NCBI GenBank assembly: GCA_022709735.1
Contig: JAKLIG010000004.1
Coordinates: 66,240-118,704 of the forward strand
Source: Patescibacteria group bacterium
GTDB taxonomy: Bacteria; Patescibacteriota; Minisyncoccia; Moranbacterales; UBA2206
DNA length: 52,465 nucleotides
Reading direction: 5' to 3'
The notes under the pieces were generated by a model. The model saw only the letters and a program-made list of their open reading frames with translations. It had not been told where the DNA came from and did no database searches. Shown here piece by piece: positions 35,716 through 43,579 of the stretch. The position numbers were made by a program, and so were the translations under genes. Every line of letters begins with the position of its first letter. Position 1 is the stretch's first letter.

Positions 35716-36204
35716 ATGACTAAAGAGAAAAAATATACTAAAAAAGAAAAGATCGGCTACTTAGATTTTAACCACGCTAGAACGCCCGAACAAATTGAAG
35801 TGATGCGACGCATTGTAGAAGATGGGGTATGCCCTTTTTGTCATTTTGACACATATCATTCCAAGCCAATTATCAAAGAGACCGCTTGGTGGTATTTGAG
35901 TGAAAACATGAGTCCTTATGAGGGTACAAAAATCCATTTGATTTTTGTCTACAAAAAACATGTCACTTTGACTTCCGAAATTGAACCGGAAGCCACCAAG
36001 GATTTATTCGAACTTATCAGTTGGGCGGAAAAAAAATATAGAATGGTCGGCGGATCATTTTTTGTGCGTTTTGGCAAATCTGAAATAACTGGAGGAAGTG
36101 TCGACCATTTTCACGCTCAACTTATTGTCGGCAATGCCAAGGGAACAGATAAAAAATATGATAAATTGAAGGTAAAATTGGGGTATAAAAAACTTTCGGC
36201 ATAA
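35716..36204 (+). CDS. HIT-superfamily protein, GalT/Ap4A-phosphorylase-like branch (HxHxQ)
   Basis: CPFCH zinc-like motif and GGSVDHFHAQLIVG histidine-triad variant. Confidence 0.7.
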   Translation: MTKEKKYTKKEKIGYLDFNHARTPEQIEVMRRIVEDGVCPFCHFDTYHSKPIIKETAWWYLSENMSPYEGTKIHLIFVYKKHVTLTSEIEPEATKDLFELISWAEKKYRMVGGSFFVRFGKSEITGGSVDHFHAQLIVGNAKGTDKKYDKLKVKLGYKKLSA

Positions 36205-36220
36205 GCCAAAATCTAAAACG

Positions 36221-36248
36221 CCCCCCCCCGCTATAACGGGGGTTTTTG
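36221..36248 (+). terminator. intrinsic terminator
   Basis: ccccccccg-ctataa-cggggg, then tttttg. Confidence 0.75.
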
Positions 36249-36249
36249 T

Positions 36250-36278
36250 TTGACTTTAAGCACAACTTTTTATACAAT
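36250..36278 (+). promoter_or_regulatory. sigma70-like promoter of the GC-rich island gene
   Basis: TTGACT - 17 nt - TACAAT. Confidence 0.6.
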
Positions 36279-36360
36279 GGAATCAACAGTACTTTTATTT
36301 TCTAGGCAATGTCCCAAACCCATTAATGTTTTATGTGTTATGCACAGAAAGGAGTCAAAG

Positions 36361-36855
36361 ATGACAGAAAAAAAGGGATTCCCGGTTAATAAATCAACCA
36401 TCAGAAGTAAGGAACAATATAAAGCCACGGTTGCAGCAGCCAAGGCTGGTTGCGCCTGGTGCAAATCGGAAGATGAACAACCAAGCCCACTTTTAAAAGA
36501 TTTTGGACTGGTCGTTGTCCGAAAAAACGTGTTCCCCAAGCCGCACCGCAGAATGTACATAATCCATAGCAAACGGTGTGCTAGAATGGAAGATCTCACA
36601 CCGGAAGAATGTTACCAGATTTTCCAGGCACGGCACTGGGCGCATCAACAGGATAAAAATCCGGGCGGTGGCGATATCCATCGCTGGGGGGATAGAGAAT
36701 ACTGCGCCAGTTCCATTCCTGACAATCATTACTTCGAGAGTCTGGTCGTCCCAGATGGCACTGGCCCCGTCCCTGAAACACTCTATAAGGACAAGAGCCC
36801 AGAAAAAATGGCGGCACGCGAAAAGCGCGCCAAAACTTTTACAGAAGGCGACTGA
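36361..36855 (+). CDS. HIT/GalT-like paralog with degenerate histidine motif, in a GC-rich island
   Basis: ATG 36361 lies 7 nt after AAGGAG. CAWC aligns with CPFC of the upstream gene, and ASSIPDNHYFESLVV aligns with GGSVDHFHAQLIV. Visibly GC-richer than its flanks, so spurious ORFs appear in several frames. Confidence 0.5.
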   Translation: MTEKKGFPVNKSTIRSKEQYKATVAAAKAGCAWCKSEDEQPSPLLKDFGLVVVRKNVFPKPHRRMYIIHSKRCARMEDLTPEECYQIFQARHWAHQQDKNPGGGDIHRWGDREYCASSIPDNHYFESLVVPDGTGPVPETLYKDKSPEKMAAREKRAKTFTEGD

Positions 36856-36888
36856 ATCAAGTCTGAATTTAAACAATCTTTACAAAAT

Positions 36889-36924
36889 CCCCCGAGGCAA
36901 CGACACCTCGGGGGTTATTTTTTT
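36889..36924. terminator. bidirectional intrinsic terminator
   Basis: cccccgagg / cctcggggg stem, flanked by an A-rich 5' side and a T-rich 3' side. Confidence 0.75.
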
Positions 36925-36937
36925 ATCTAAAAGATAT

Positions 36938-37816
36938 TTATTTTTTATATTCCACTACTCCTAATCCTTTTTCTTTCGGCAACTTCATATCAACCAGAAT
37001 AATTTCCACGCCTTTTTGCTTCAAAATACTTTCCCCATCCAAAACTCCATAACCTATATTATAATATAGTTTTTTGATACCGGAATATGCAATCAATTTT
37101 GCGCAAGGCGGGCAAGGGAAAGTTGTTACATAAATACTGGCGCCTTCCAAGCTAATTCCCTTTTTGGCTGCTTCAGCAATCGCAGCTGCTTCTCCATGAA
37201 TTGCAGTAGAAAATTCTAAATTTATCCCCTTATGAAAGGGTATTCTCGGATCCCCGTTTATAAAAGGAATGTGTTCAGAAGGAACATGCTTATTGCAAGT
37301 CGAGATTATTATTCTTTTATTTTTCACAATTACTGATCCAATTCTCCTCCACCAATCTGAACTTTCTTTTGACTTTTTATTGGCCTTAAGCATCATTTCT
37401 TTGTCGAATTCTTTTCTGGAAATTTTTATATCAGGATTGATTGGAAATTCTCTGATTGTATTATGCTTATCCCAGCGGAGAAAAATATCATCAAAAATAA
37501 TTTTTTTTCTGTGAAAATATTTTTTTGAAAGTTCTCGTGTAATATCTTCATTGGGCATTATTATTTCAGTTTCTTCTTTTTTAATTTTCTCTAATAATTC
37601 TCTGTCTAGGATATTTACTTCTTTAAAAATTTTTAGTGATTCAATCGCTTTTTTCATTTGTATCGAATCAAGCGCTCTGATTTCCTTATAGAGATAATCG
37701 GATTTTAAAATCAAATCCTGCCCTAAAATATAAAGAACGGATTTTTTATATTTCTCAAAAAACCGGCGATAACCCTCATGGAGAACTGGTACATAAGCTA
37801 TAATAATTTTTTTCAT
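36938..37816 (-). CDS. dCMP/cytidine deaminase domain protein with ~150-aa N-terminal extension
   Basis: C-terminal AIHGEAAAI...TFPCPPCAKLI zinc-deaminase motifs (H[AG]E, PCxxC). N-terminal domain unassigned. Confidence 0.8.
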   Translation of the reverse strand: MKKIIIAYVPVLHEGYRRFFEKYKKSVLYILGQDLILKSDYLYKEIRALDSIQMKKAIESLKIFKEVNILDRELLEKIKKEETEIIMPNEDITRELSKKYFHRKKIIFDDIFLRWDKHNTIREFPINPDIKISRKEFDKEMMLKANKKSKESSDWWRRIGSVIVKNKRIIISTCNKHVPSEHIPFINGDPRIPFHKGINLEFSTAIHGEAAAIAEAAKKGISLEGASIYVTTFPCPPCAKLIAYSGIKKLYYNIGYGVLDGESILKQKGVEIILVDMKLPKEKGLGVVEYKK

Positions 37817-38451
37817 TTTTTTAGCTTTTCTTCTTTAATCTCGCCCAAAGATGTTTCAATTGCTTTTAAGATCCGAGGGGTTAGCCTTTTCTCTAGCTTT
37901 TTGGCTGTAGAAATTTGCATACGGCGAATCTTAGCGCTAGTAGATGTTGTTGCGCGTGGTTCAAGCACAACGACTTCTCCGCAATATTTTTTCAATGCTT
38001 TTACCTGTTCTTCTGTGTAAGTTTCTTTTGTAGCAATCAAAACATCCGGCATTACTAATTTTATTAAATGCCATTTAGGAGCACTATGCTCTTTTAACAC
38101 CACTAAATCCACATATCTTAAATGGGCCACCATTTCCATCCTTTCATTCTGTGGAACTATCGGGCGATCCGGGCCCTTTCGTATTTTTATTTTTTCATCG
38201 CTATCTACTCCGACAACTAAAACATCTCCGTGTTTTTTTGCTTCCATAAAATAACGGGCATGTCCGATATGCACCATATCCCAAGAACCCATTGTAAGAA
38301 TAATTTTCATTCCAAGGCCCTTGCAATGGCTAACTGCCTTTTTTAATTCTTTCAGTTCTAAAATACACTTTCCCCCAAACAATCCTTTGGGTTGTATAAT
38401 TTCTTCCCTAGTTTCAATATTCTTTTCATCATTTTTTTTTCGTTTAGCCAT
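37813..38451 (-). CDS. cytidylyltransferase-like nucleotidyltransferase (HxGH; RfaE-II/RibL-like)
   Basis: TMGSWDMVHIGHARYFMEAKKHGDVLVVGVDSDEKIKIRKGPDRPIVPQNERMEMV. Its stop overlaps the start of the downstream deaminase gene by 4 nt. Confidence 0.75.
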   Translation of the reverse strand: MAKRKKNDEKNIETREEIIQPKGLFGGKCILELKELKKAVSHCKGLGMKIILTMGSWDMVHIGHARYFMEAKKHGDVLVVGVDSDEKIKIRKGPDRPIVPQNERMEMVAHLRYVDLVVLKEHSAPKWHLIKLVMPDVLIATKETYTEEQVKALKKYCGEVVVLEPRATTSTSAKIRRMQISTAKKLEKRLTPRILKAIETSLGEIKEEKLKK

Positions 38452-38527
38452 AATTATTTATTTTAATTATTAATCCAAGCTAAGTTTTTGAAGTATACAT
38501 TTATTCTACTATTTTCCCCTTTTTTGG

Positions 38528-38554
38528 TCAAAAAAGCGGATTTGACATCCGCTT
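38528..38554 (-). terminator. intrinsic terminator (minus strand)
   Basis: aagcggat / atccgctt stem with a T-run on the minus strand. Confidence 0.7.
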
Positions 38555-38566
38555 GAAAACTTATTC

Positions 38567-39133
38567 TTATTTTTTTGGCACTTTTTCCATCATCTCATCT
38601 ACTTGTTTTTTTAGTTCTTCGGCCGTGCCATTATTATTGAGCGTAAAGTCGGCTTGCTTTCCGATTTCACGAATAGAAACTTCTGTGAGCCGACCCTCTT
38701 CTTCCAGAAATTTTTCGAAAGTCGCTTCGCTTTCCCCTTCATTTTGATTTCGAAGTTTTATTCGATCAAAACGTAATTTTAAATCAGCCGCGACATAAAC
38801 TAAGAAAAAATTCTTTCCATATTTTTTTCGAAAAGGCTCAACATCGCCATGCATTCTTATTCCGTCCGCAATAATAATATTTGATCCGTTTTTTTCCATA
38901 TCCCGAATCAGAGAATCAATTATCACTGACGGGCCATATCCTTCTTTGAGTACCAATGCTAATTTTGCTAAATTGTCTCTCGTTACCGGCACATGGATAT
39001 CTTCGAGCGTGCGCCGAAGAATCTTGGAAGTGCCATAATGAATAGCTCCATATTTTTCAATCAAATAATCCGCGGCTGTTCCCTTGCCAGAACCTTTTTC
39101 TCCAATAAGACCGATGATAATTTTATTTGCCAT
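38567..39133 (-). CDS. P-loop nucleotide kinase (dNMP kinase-like)
   Basis: IGLIGEKGSGKGTAADYL Walker A resembling phage-type dNMP kinases. 188 aa. Confidence 0.65.
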   Translation of the reverse strand: MANKIIIGLIGEKGSGKGTAADYLIEKYGAIHYGTSKILRRTLEDIHVPVTRDNLAKLALVLKEGYGPSVIIDSLIRDMEKNGSNIIIADGIRMHGDVEPFRKKYGKNFFLVYVAADLKLRFDRIKLRNQNEGESEATFEKFLEEEGRLTEVSIREIGKQADFTLNNNGTAEELKKQVDEMMEKVPKK

Positions 39134-39230
39134 AATTATAAATGCGACTCTAATTTACGAATTAACACTCGAATGATTCGAATAAATTCGAGACATTCGG
39201 ATGAAAATTCGTGTCATTCGGGTCGCTTAT
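39129..39230 (-). repeat. 102-nt palindromic leader, copy 1 (fused to the kinase start codon)
   Basis: 101/102 identical to 40503-40604. Includes the ATGGC of the start. Internal stems gcgac/gtcgc, acgaatt/aattcgt, ctcgaat/attcgag. Confidence 0.9.
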
Positions 39231-39276
39231 AAAAAACACCTAATAATCCTACCAATAAAATGCTTTTTCGTCAATA

Positions 39277-39300
39277 GAAAAAATCCCGCCAAAGCGGGAC
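39277..39300 (-). terminator. intrinsic terminator after rplA
   Basis: Minus strand reads gtcccgc-tttg-gcgggat, then tttttt. Confidence 0.75.
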
Positions 39301-39333
39301 TTTTCTTATTTCTAAAAGTTACCTTTCTATAAG

Positions 39334-40023
39334 CTATAAGCTAATCTTCAGTCCTACTCCCATCGTCGAACAAACAGTTATACTGGAAATTAATTTTCCC
39401 TTGAGAGTTGCCGGCTTGGATTTTTCAAGGCTAGTTATGAGAGTTGTAATATTCTCAATAAGTTTTGCATCTTCAAAAGAAACTTTTCCGACCACTTGAT
39501 GGATATTTCCACCATCATCATTTTTGAAAGAAGCTTTGCCTTTTTTGAGTGCTGATACAGTTTCCTTAATTTTAGTCGTCACTGTTTCAGTTTTTGGGTT
39601 TGGCATAAGTCCTTTAGGTCCGAGAATTTTAGCCACTGGTGCGAGCTTCGGCATCATTTCTGGCGTGGCTACAAGGATATCAAATTTATCTTTTCCAGAG
39701 AAAGCTTTGCCGGATTTTATTTTTTCAATAAATTCTTCTCCGCCAACAATATCCGCTCCAGCTTCTTTGGCATCTTTGGCATGAGTTGAAGTTATGACTG
39801 CAATTATCTTGCTTTTGCCGGTTCCGTGTGGAAGATCCACAATCCCTCTGATTTGCTGATCGCCTTTTTTAGTATCAATATTCGTTTTAATATGCACTTC
39901 AACTGCTTCATCAAACTTAGCAATCTTATTTTCCTTTATAACCTTAACCGCTTCTTCTAGCGGATACACTTTGCTTCGATCGATTTTTTTTTCCACTGCT
40001 CGATATTTTTTTCCTCGTTTCAT
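39334..40023 (-). CDS. rplA: 50S ribosomal protein L1
   Basis: MKRGKKYRAVEKKIDRSKVYPLEEAVKVIKE... aligns with L1 N-termini. The track ORF starts at an upstream TTG (40041), so the start is uncertain. Confidence 0.9.
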   Translation of the reverse strand: MKRGKKYRAVEKKIDRSKVYPLEEAVKVIKENKIAKFDEAVEVHIKTNIDTKKGDQQIRGIVDLPHGTGKSKIIAVITSTHAKDAKEAGADIVGGEEFIEKIKSGKAFSGKDKFDILVATPEMMPKLAPVAKILGPKGLMPNPKTETVTTKIKETVSALKKGKASFKNDDGGNIHQVVGKVSFEDAKLIENITTLITSLEKSKPATLKGKLISSITVCSTMGVGLKISL

Positions 40024-40081
40024 ATAGTTTGTGTGGTTCAAACGCCCCGATTTAATATCGGAGCTCCCACAAAATTAAAAA

Positions 40082-40507
40082 TTAACCTTCTATTTTAATT
40101 CCCATTGATCTCGCTGTTCCAGCGATTATTTTTTCGGCGCCTTCGATATCATTGGCATTGAGATCCGGCATTTTCTTTTCCGCAATTTCTCGAAGTTTCG
40201 CTTTTGTTATTGTTCCAACCTTATCTTTCAGCGGATTTCCTGCGCCTTTTTCTATACCGGCTGCTTTTCTAAGTAAATCAGAGGCTGGCGGAGTTTTGAG
40301 AATAAAAGTAAAGGTTCGGTCTTCAAAAACCGTGATTTCCGCTGGGATAATATCGCCCATTTTGTCCTTGGTCGCTTCATTAAATTTTGTGCAAAATTCC
40401 TGAATATTCAAACCGTGTTGACCCAAGGCTGGTCCAACCGGAGGCGCTGGATTAGCTTTTCCAGCTGGAATTTGAAGCTTAATAATAGTTTTAATTTTCT
40501 TTGCCAT
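40082..40507 (-). CDS. rplK: 50S ribosomal protein L11
   Basis: [39 protein letters not shown] signature. Confidence 0.95.
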   Translation of the reverse strand: MAKKIKTIIKLQIPAGKANPAPPVGPALGQHGLNIQEFCTKFNEATKDKMGDIIPAEITVFEDRTFTFILKTPPASDLLRKAAGIEKGAGNPLKDKVGTITKAKLREIAEKKMPDLNANDIEGAEKIIAGTARSMGIKIEG

Positions 40508-40604
40508 AATTGTAAATGCGACTCTAATTTACGAATTAACACTCGAATGATTCGAATAAATTCGAGACATTCGGATGAAAATTCGTGTCATTCGGGTCGC
40601 TTAT
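40503..40604 (-). repeat. 102-nt palindromic leader, copy 2 (nusG stop to rplK start)
   Basis: See copy 1. The single difference is attgtaaatg versus attataaatg. Confidence 0.9.
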
Positions 40605-41149
40605 TAAATTTTATGTATCTGTAAAAAGTCTAGTTCTACCGGCGTTTCCCGCCCGAAGATAGAAACCAAAACCTTAATTCTTCCTTTTTCTTCATCCACT
40701 TCGTCCACTTTTCCGTCAAAATCCTTAAATGGCCCATCGATTATTTTCACACTGTCGCCAGATTTTACATCAATTTTATATTTTGGTTCAGCCACACCCA
40801 TTCTTTTCTTGAGCGTTTCGATTTCTCTCGGATCAACCGGAGTCGGCGTAGTTCCAAGTCCGATAAATCCGGTAACATTCGGCGTGTTTCGAACAACATA
40901 CCAAGAAGCATCTGTCACAATCATATCGACAAGAACATATCCGGGATAAATTTTTTCTTCCACCACTGTTCTTTTGCCGGTTTTGATCTTAATCTTTTTT
41001 TCAATCGGCACCATCACATCGAAAATCAAATCCTGCATATCCATTGATTCAATTCTTTGTCGAAGATTTCTCGCTACATTGTCTTCATAGCCAGAGTAAG
41101 TATGGAGAACATACCAAGCTCTTCCATGATGCTGACTTTGTTTAGCCAT
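40604..41149 (-). CDS. nusG: transcription termination/antitermination factor NusG
   Basis: WYVLHTYSGYEDNV NGN domain and C-terminal KOW (VKIIDGPFKDFDGKV). Confidence 0.95.
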   Translation of the reverse strand: MAKQSQHHGRAWYVLHTYSGYEDNVARNLRQRIESMDMQDLIFDVMVPIEKKIKIKTGKRTVVEEKIYPGYVLVDMIVTDASWYVVRNTPNVTGFIGLGTTPTPVDPREIETLKKRMGVAEPKYKIDVKSGDSVKIIDGPFKDFDGKVDEVDEEKGRIKVLVSIFGRETPVELDFLQIHKI

Positions 41150-41150
41150 A

Positions 41151-41336
41151 TTATTTTAATATAAAAGTTTTTAATAAATATCCGAAAAAATAATCTAGTC
41201 CGCCTAAAAATGCCGCAACTGCAAGACTGATGCCAATCACAATCAAGGTATAATTGATTGTCTTTTCTTTGGTCGGCCAGTTGACTTTTGTGAGTTCTAT
41301 TTTGGCTTCTTTCAAAAATTGGATAATTTTATTCAT
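41151..41336 (-). CDS. secE: preprotein translocase subunit SecE
   Basis: 61 aa, ELTKVNWPTKEKT followed by a single TM. Conserved secE-nusG-rplKA order. Confidence 0.8.
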   Translation of the reverse strand: MNKIIQFLKEAKIELTKVNWPTKEKTINYTLIVIGISLAVAAFLGGLDYFFGYLLKTFILK

Positions 41337-41414
41337 ATTTAGAGCTTTTTTAAAAGCCCCCTTGGGCTTCTTTTGTAATTTAATATTACATTAATTCTAA
41401 ATTTATGTCAAATG

Positions 41415-42452
41415 CTATTTTTTTTCCGAACCCACTGCTAAAATAAAAAGCTGGTAAAGAATCCTGCTTCCAACAATTGCGTTCCAATCGCTTGCAAAAT
41501 CGCCAGCTTTGGCGGGAGAAACTTCGCAAAGGTCAAATCCGATAATTTTTCTACCACTTTTTACAATTTGTCGAATTAAAAAGATAGCCTGATTAAATTC
41601 CAATCCTCCTGGCACAGGCGTTCCAGTATTCGGACAAAGCATCGGATTTAGCCCGTCAATATCAAAACTTATATAGACATTCTTTGGAAGTTTAGCAATA
41701 ATTTCTTGGCACAAGGATGGCCATTTTTTCCCAGAAAATAATTTATCAGAAATTTTTTGATCGCCAAAAAACGAGATTCTATTTTTATTTTTTTTCACAA
41801 ATTCAATTTCTTCTTCACAAAAATCGCGCGCGCCCACATTTACAATTTTTTCCACCTCTTTTATCCCACTAGCATTTCTCATTATAGAAGCGTGAGAATT
41901 TTGAAAGCCCTCATAGCCATATCGAAGATCGAGATGAGCATCAATCATTAATATTCCGAATTTATATTTTTTCGCCAGCGCCCGAATGAGGCCAAGTGGA
42001 GAACTATGATCACCCCCAAGCACTCCAACAATCTTATTCTTTGCAATATTTTCCTCTGAAATTTTTTGAACCCAATTTGCAAGAATTTCTGTTCCTTGAT
42101 TTACTTTTTCCCAAAGAACTTTATTTTTCTTTTTAGAAAAATTTTCTTTTTCCAAATACTTTATGCATTGAGTTGCGATGCTTCTTAATTTCTGACAATG
42201 TTTTTTCCATTTTTTAGAAATTGGCAACATAAAAATTCCCTTTTCCCAAGATGAAGGAAAAGATGGATCGTAAAAATCAATTTGTGGAGAAGCTGAAAGA
42301 ATTGCTTTTGGTCCAAAGCTTGTTCCGCTTCGGAAAGAAACTGTGATTTCAGACGGCACCGGAATCAAAATAACTTTTGCCTCTTTTTTGCTAAAAGGAA
42401 GGGCAAAAATATTTCCATTGGGCTTGGCAATTTCGCTAGGATTAAATTTCAT
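41415..42452 (-). CDS. ureohydrolase family protein (agmatinase/formimidoylglutamase-like)
   Basis: GGDHS, DAHLD and SFDIDGLNP manganese-binding motifs. Confidence 0.8.
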   Translation of the reverse strand: MKFNPSEIAKPNGNIFALPFSKKEAKVILIPVPSEITVSFRSGTSFGPKAILSASPQIDFYDPSFPSSWEKGIFMLPISKKWKKHCQKLRSIATQCIKYLEKENFSKKKNKVLWEKVNQGTEILANWVQKISEENIAKNKIVGVLGGDHSSPLGLIRALAKKYKFGILMIDAHLDLRYGYEGFQNSHASIMRNASGIKEVEKIVNVGARDFCEEEIEFVKKNKNRISFFGDQKISDKLFSGKKWPSLCQEIIAKLPKNVYISFDIDGLNPMLCPNTGTPVPGGLEFNQAIFLIRQIVKSGRKIIGFDLCEVSPAKAGDFASDWNAIVGSRILYQLFILAVGSEKK

Positions 42453-42540
42453 AAATATTCTAAATAAAGTAAGGTTATTGTAGCTCTATTTTGGGTCTTG
42501 TCAATGTGTTTTTTTTGATTTATACTAATTTATAGTTTTT

Positions 42541-42613
42541 GGGCCCTTAGCTCATTTGGTAGAGCACCTGCTTTGCAAGCAGGGGGTGATCGGTTCGAGC
42601 CCGATAGGGTCCA
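42541..42613 (+). tRNA. tRNA-Ala (UGC)
   Basis: Cloverleaf read by eye. Acceptor gggccct/agggtcc with G3:U70, anticodon loop ttTGCaa, T-arm ggttcgagcc. No encoded CCA. Confidence 0.9.
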
Positions 42614-42857
42614 CTAAAGACAGAATCCAAATAAAAAGAAACTCCCAAAAGAGTCTCTTTTTTTATCTCTAAATTTTTTGCAATAAAACAAAACAGATTA
42701 AATACAGTTTTTTATTTTTCTTGCGCGTTTAATTTATTGGTAGCTTCCGGTATCAACAGTATTTCTCTAAAATTATTTATCAAGGGAGAATCTTTCCGGC
42801 CCATTTTTAATGTTCAAAGTTTTAATTAAAATTTTTTAAATAAATTAAGCTTAAACA

Positions 42858-43019
42858 TCAAGCTTTTCTAACAAGTGTTTTCTTGGGCAAATATTTAATC
42901 AAGGCTTTTTCCGTCAGAGCGGTTAAACTTATATCTTCAACTATAGCTTGCGTTTTGGCACACTTTAGAAGCTTCAGATCAATAAAAAGGGTAACTCTTT
43001 TTTTGTTGCTAGTTGTCAT
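42858..43019 (-). CDS. ribbon-helix-helix (CopG/antitoxin-like) small protein, 53 aa
   Basis: Own translation: MTTSNKKRVTLFIDLKLLKCAKTQAIVEDISLTALTEKALIKYLPKKTLVRKA. The KRVTL...L...AK...A...SL..L.E.AL..YL pattern is typical of RHH proteins. Operator-like inverted repeat upstream. Confidence 0.5.
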   Translation of the reverse strand: MTTSNKKRVTLFIDLKLLKCAKTQAIVEDISLTALTEKALIKYLPKKTLVRKA

Positions 43020-43038
43020 AATTCATTATGTTAAATTA

Positions 43039-43063
43039 GTTGTACTTATGCCTATAGTACAAC
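43039..43063. promoter_or_regulatory. 8-bp inverted repeat (gttgtact N9 agtacaac) upstream of the RHH gene, operator candidate
   Basis: Read directly. Lies about 20-45 nt upstream of the RHH start codon. Confidence 0.4.
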
Positions 43064-43167
43064 GATAGTAGCAGCATATTTCTTTTAATAAGAGGAAATA
43101 TAAAGTTGTTGCAAGTGTACTAATACTACAAGTTTAAGCGCTTGTTTAATTATTAATAAACAACCCT

Positions 43168-43317
43168 ATGTTGTGGACTATAGCTGTAATTTTACTGATC
43201 CTGTGGCTTTTGGGATTCATTACCTCAGCTACTTTCGGCGGATGGATTCATATTCTGTTGGTCATAGCGCTAGTGGTAGTTGTCATACAATTGCTTCAGG
43301 GCAGAAGAATTCTATAA
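43168..43317 (+). CDS. lmo0937-family small membrane protein (49 aa)
   Basis: Own translation: MLWTIAVILLILWLLGFITSATFGGWIHILLVIALVVVVIQLLQGRRIL. Terminator at 43331-43357. Confidence 0.6.
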   Translation: MLWTIAVILLILWLLGFITSATFGGWIHILLVIALVVVVIQLLQGRRIL

Positions 43318-43474
43318 AATTAAACAAAAAAAGAAGTTTACCAGAACTTCTTTTTTGCTGTTTTAATTTTTTGATATGTTATATTAAATATTGAGATTGA
43401 ATCTCTCCAGCTCTTGTCAGTGCTTAAATTATGTGATAATCTATTTCCATTGTGAACTCAAATAATCCACATGC

Positions 43475-43548
43475 GGGCGTATAGCTCAGTTGGTTAGAGC
43501 GCGTCACTGATAATGACGAGGTCTCAAGTTCGACTCTTGATACGCCCA
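43475..43548 (+). tRNA. tRNA-Ile (GAU)
   Basis: Acceptor gggcgta/tacgccc, D-arm agctcagttggttagagc, anticodon loop ctGATaa, T-arm aagttcgactctt. Confidence 0.9.
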
Positions 43549-43579
43549 CAAATAAAACAGCCCCCTAAGGCTGTTTTAT

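Noticed and set aside
36270-36964. Four overlapping ORFs (36270-36599-, 36493-36876-, 36578-36964+, 36596-36817-)
   Set aside because: They are artefacts of locally elevated GC, which gives few stop codons in all frames. Only the frame starting at 36361 has an RBS, a promoter, terminators and family-like motifs.
40024-40081. GGGAG-containing hairpin between rplK and rplA as an L1 autoregulatory site
   Set aside because: There is only a short hairpin (ccgat/atcgg) and a GGGAG string. I cannot show similarity to the 23S L1-stalk mimic from sequence alone.
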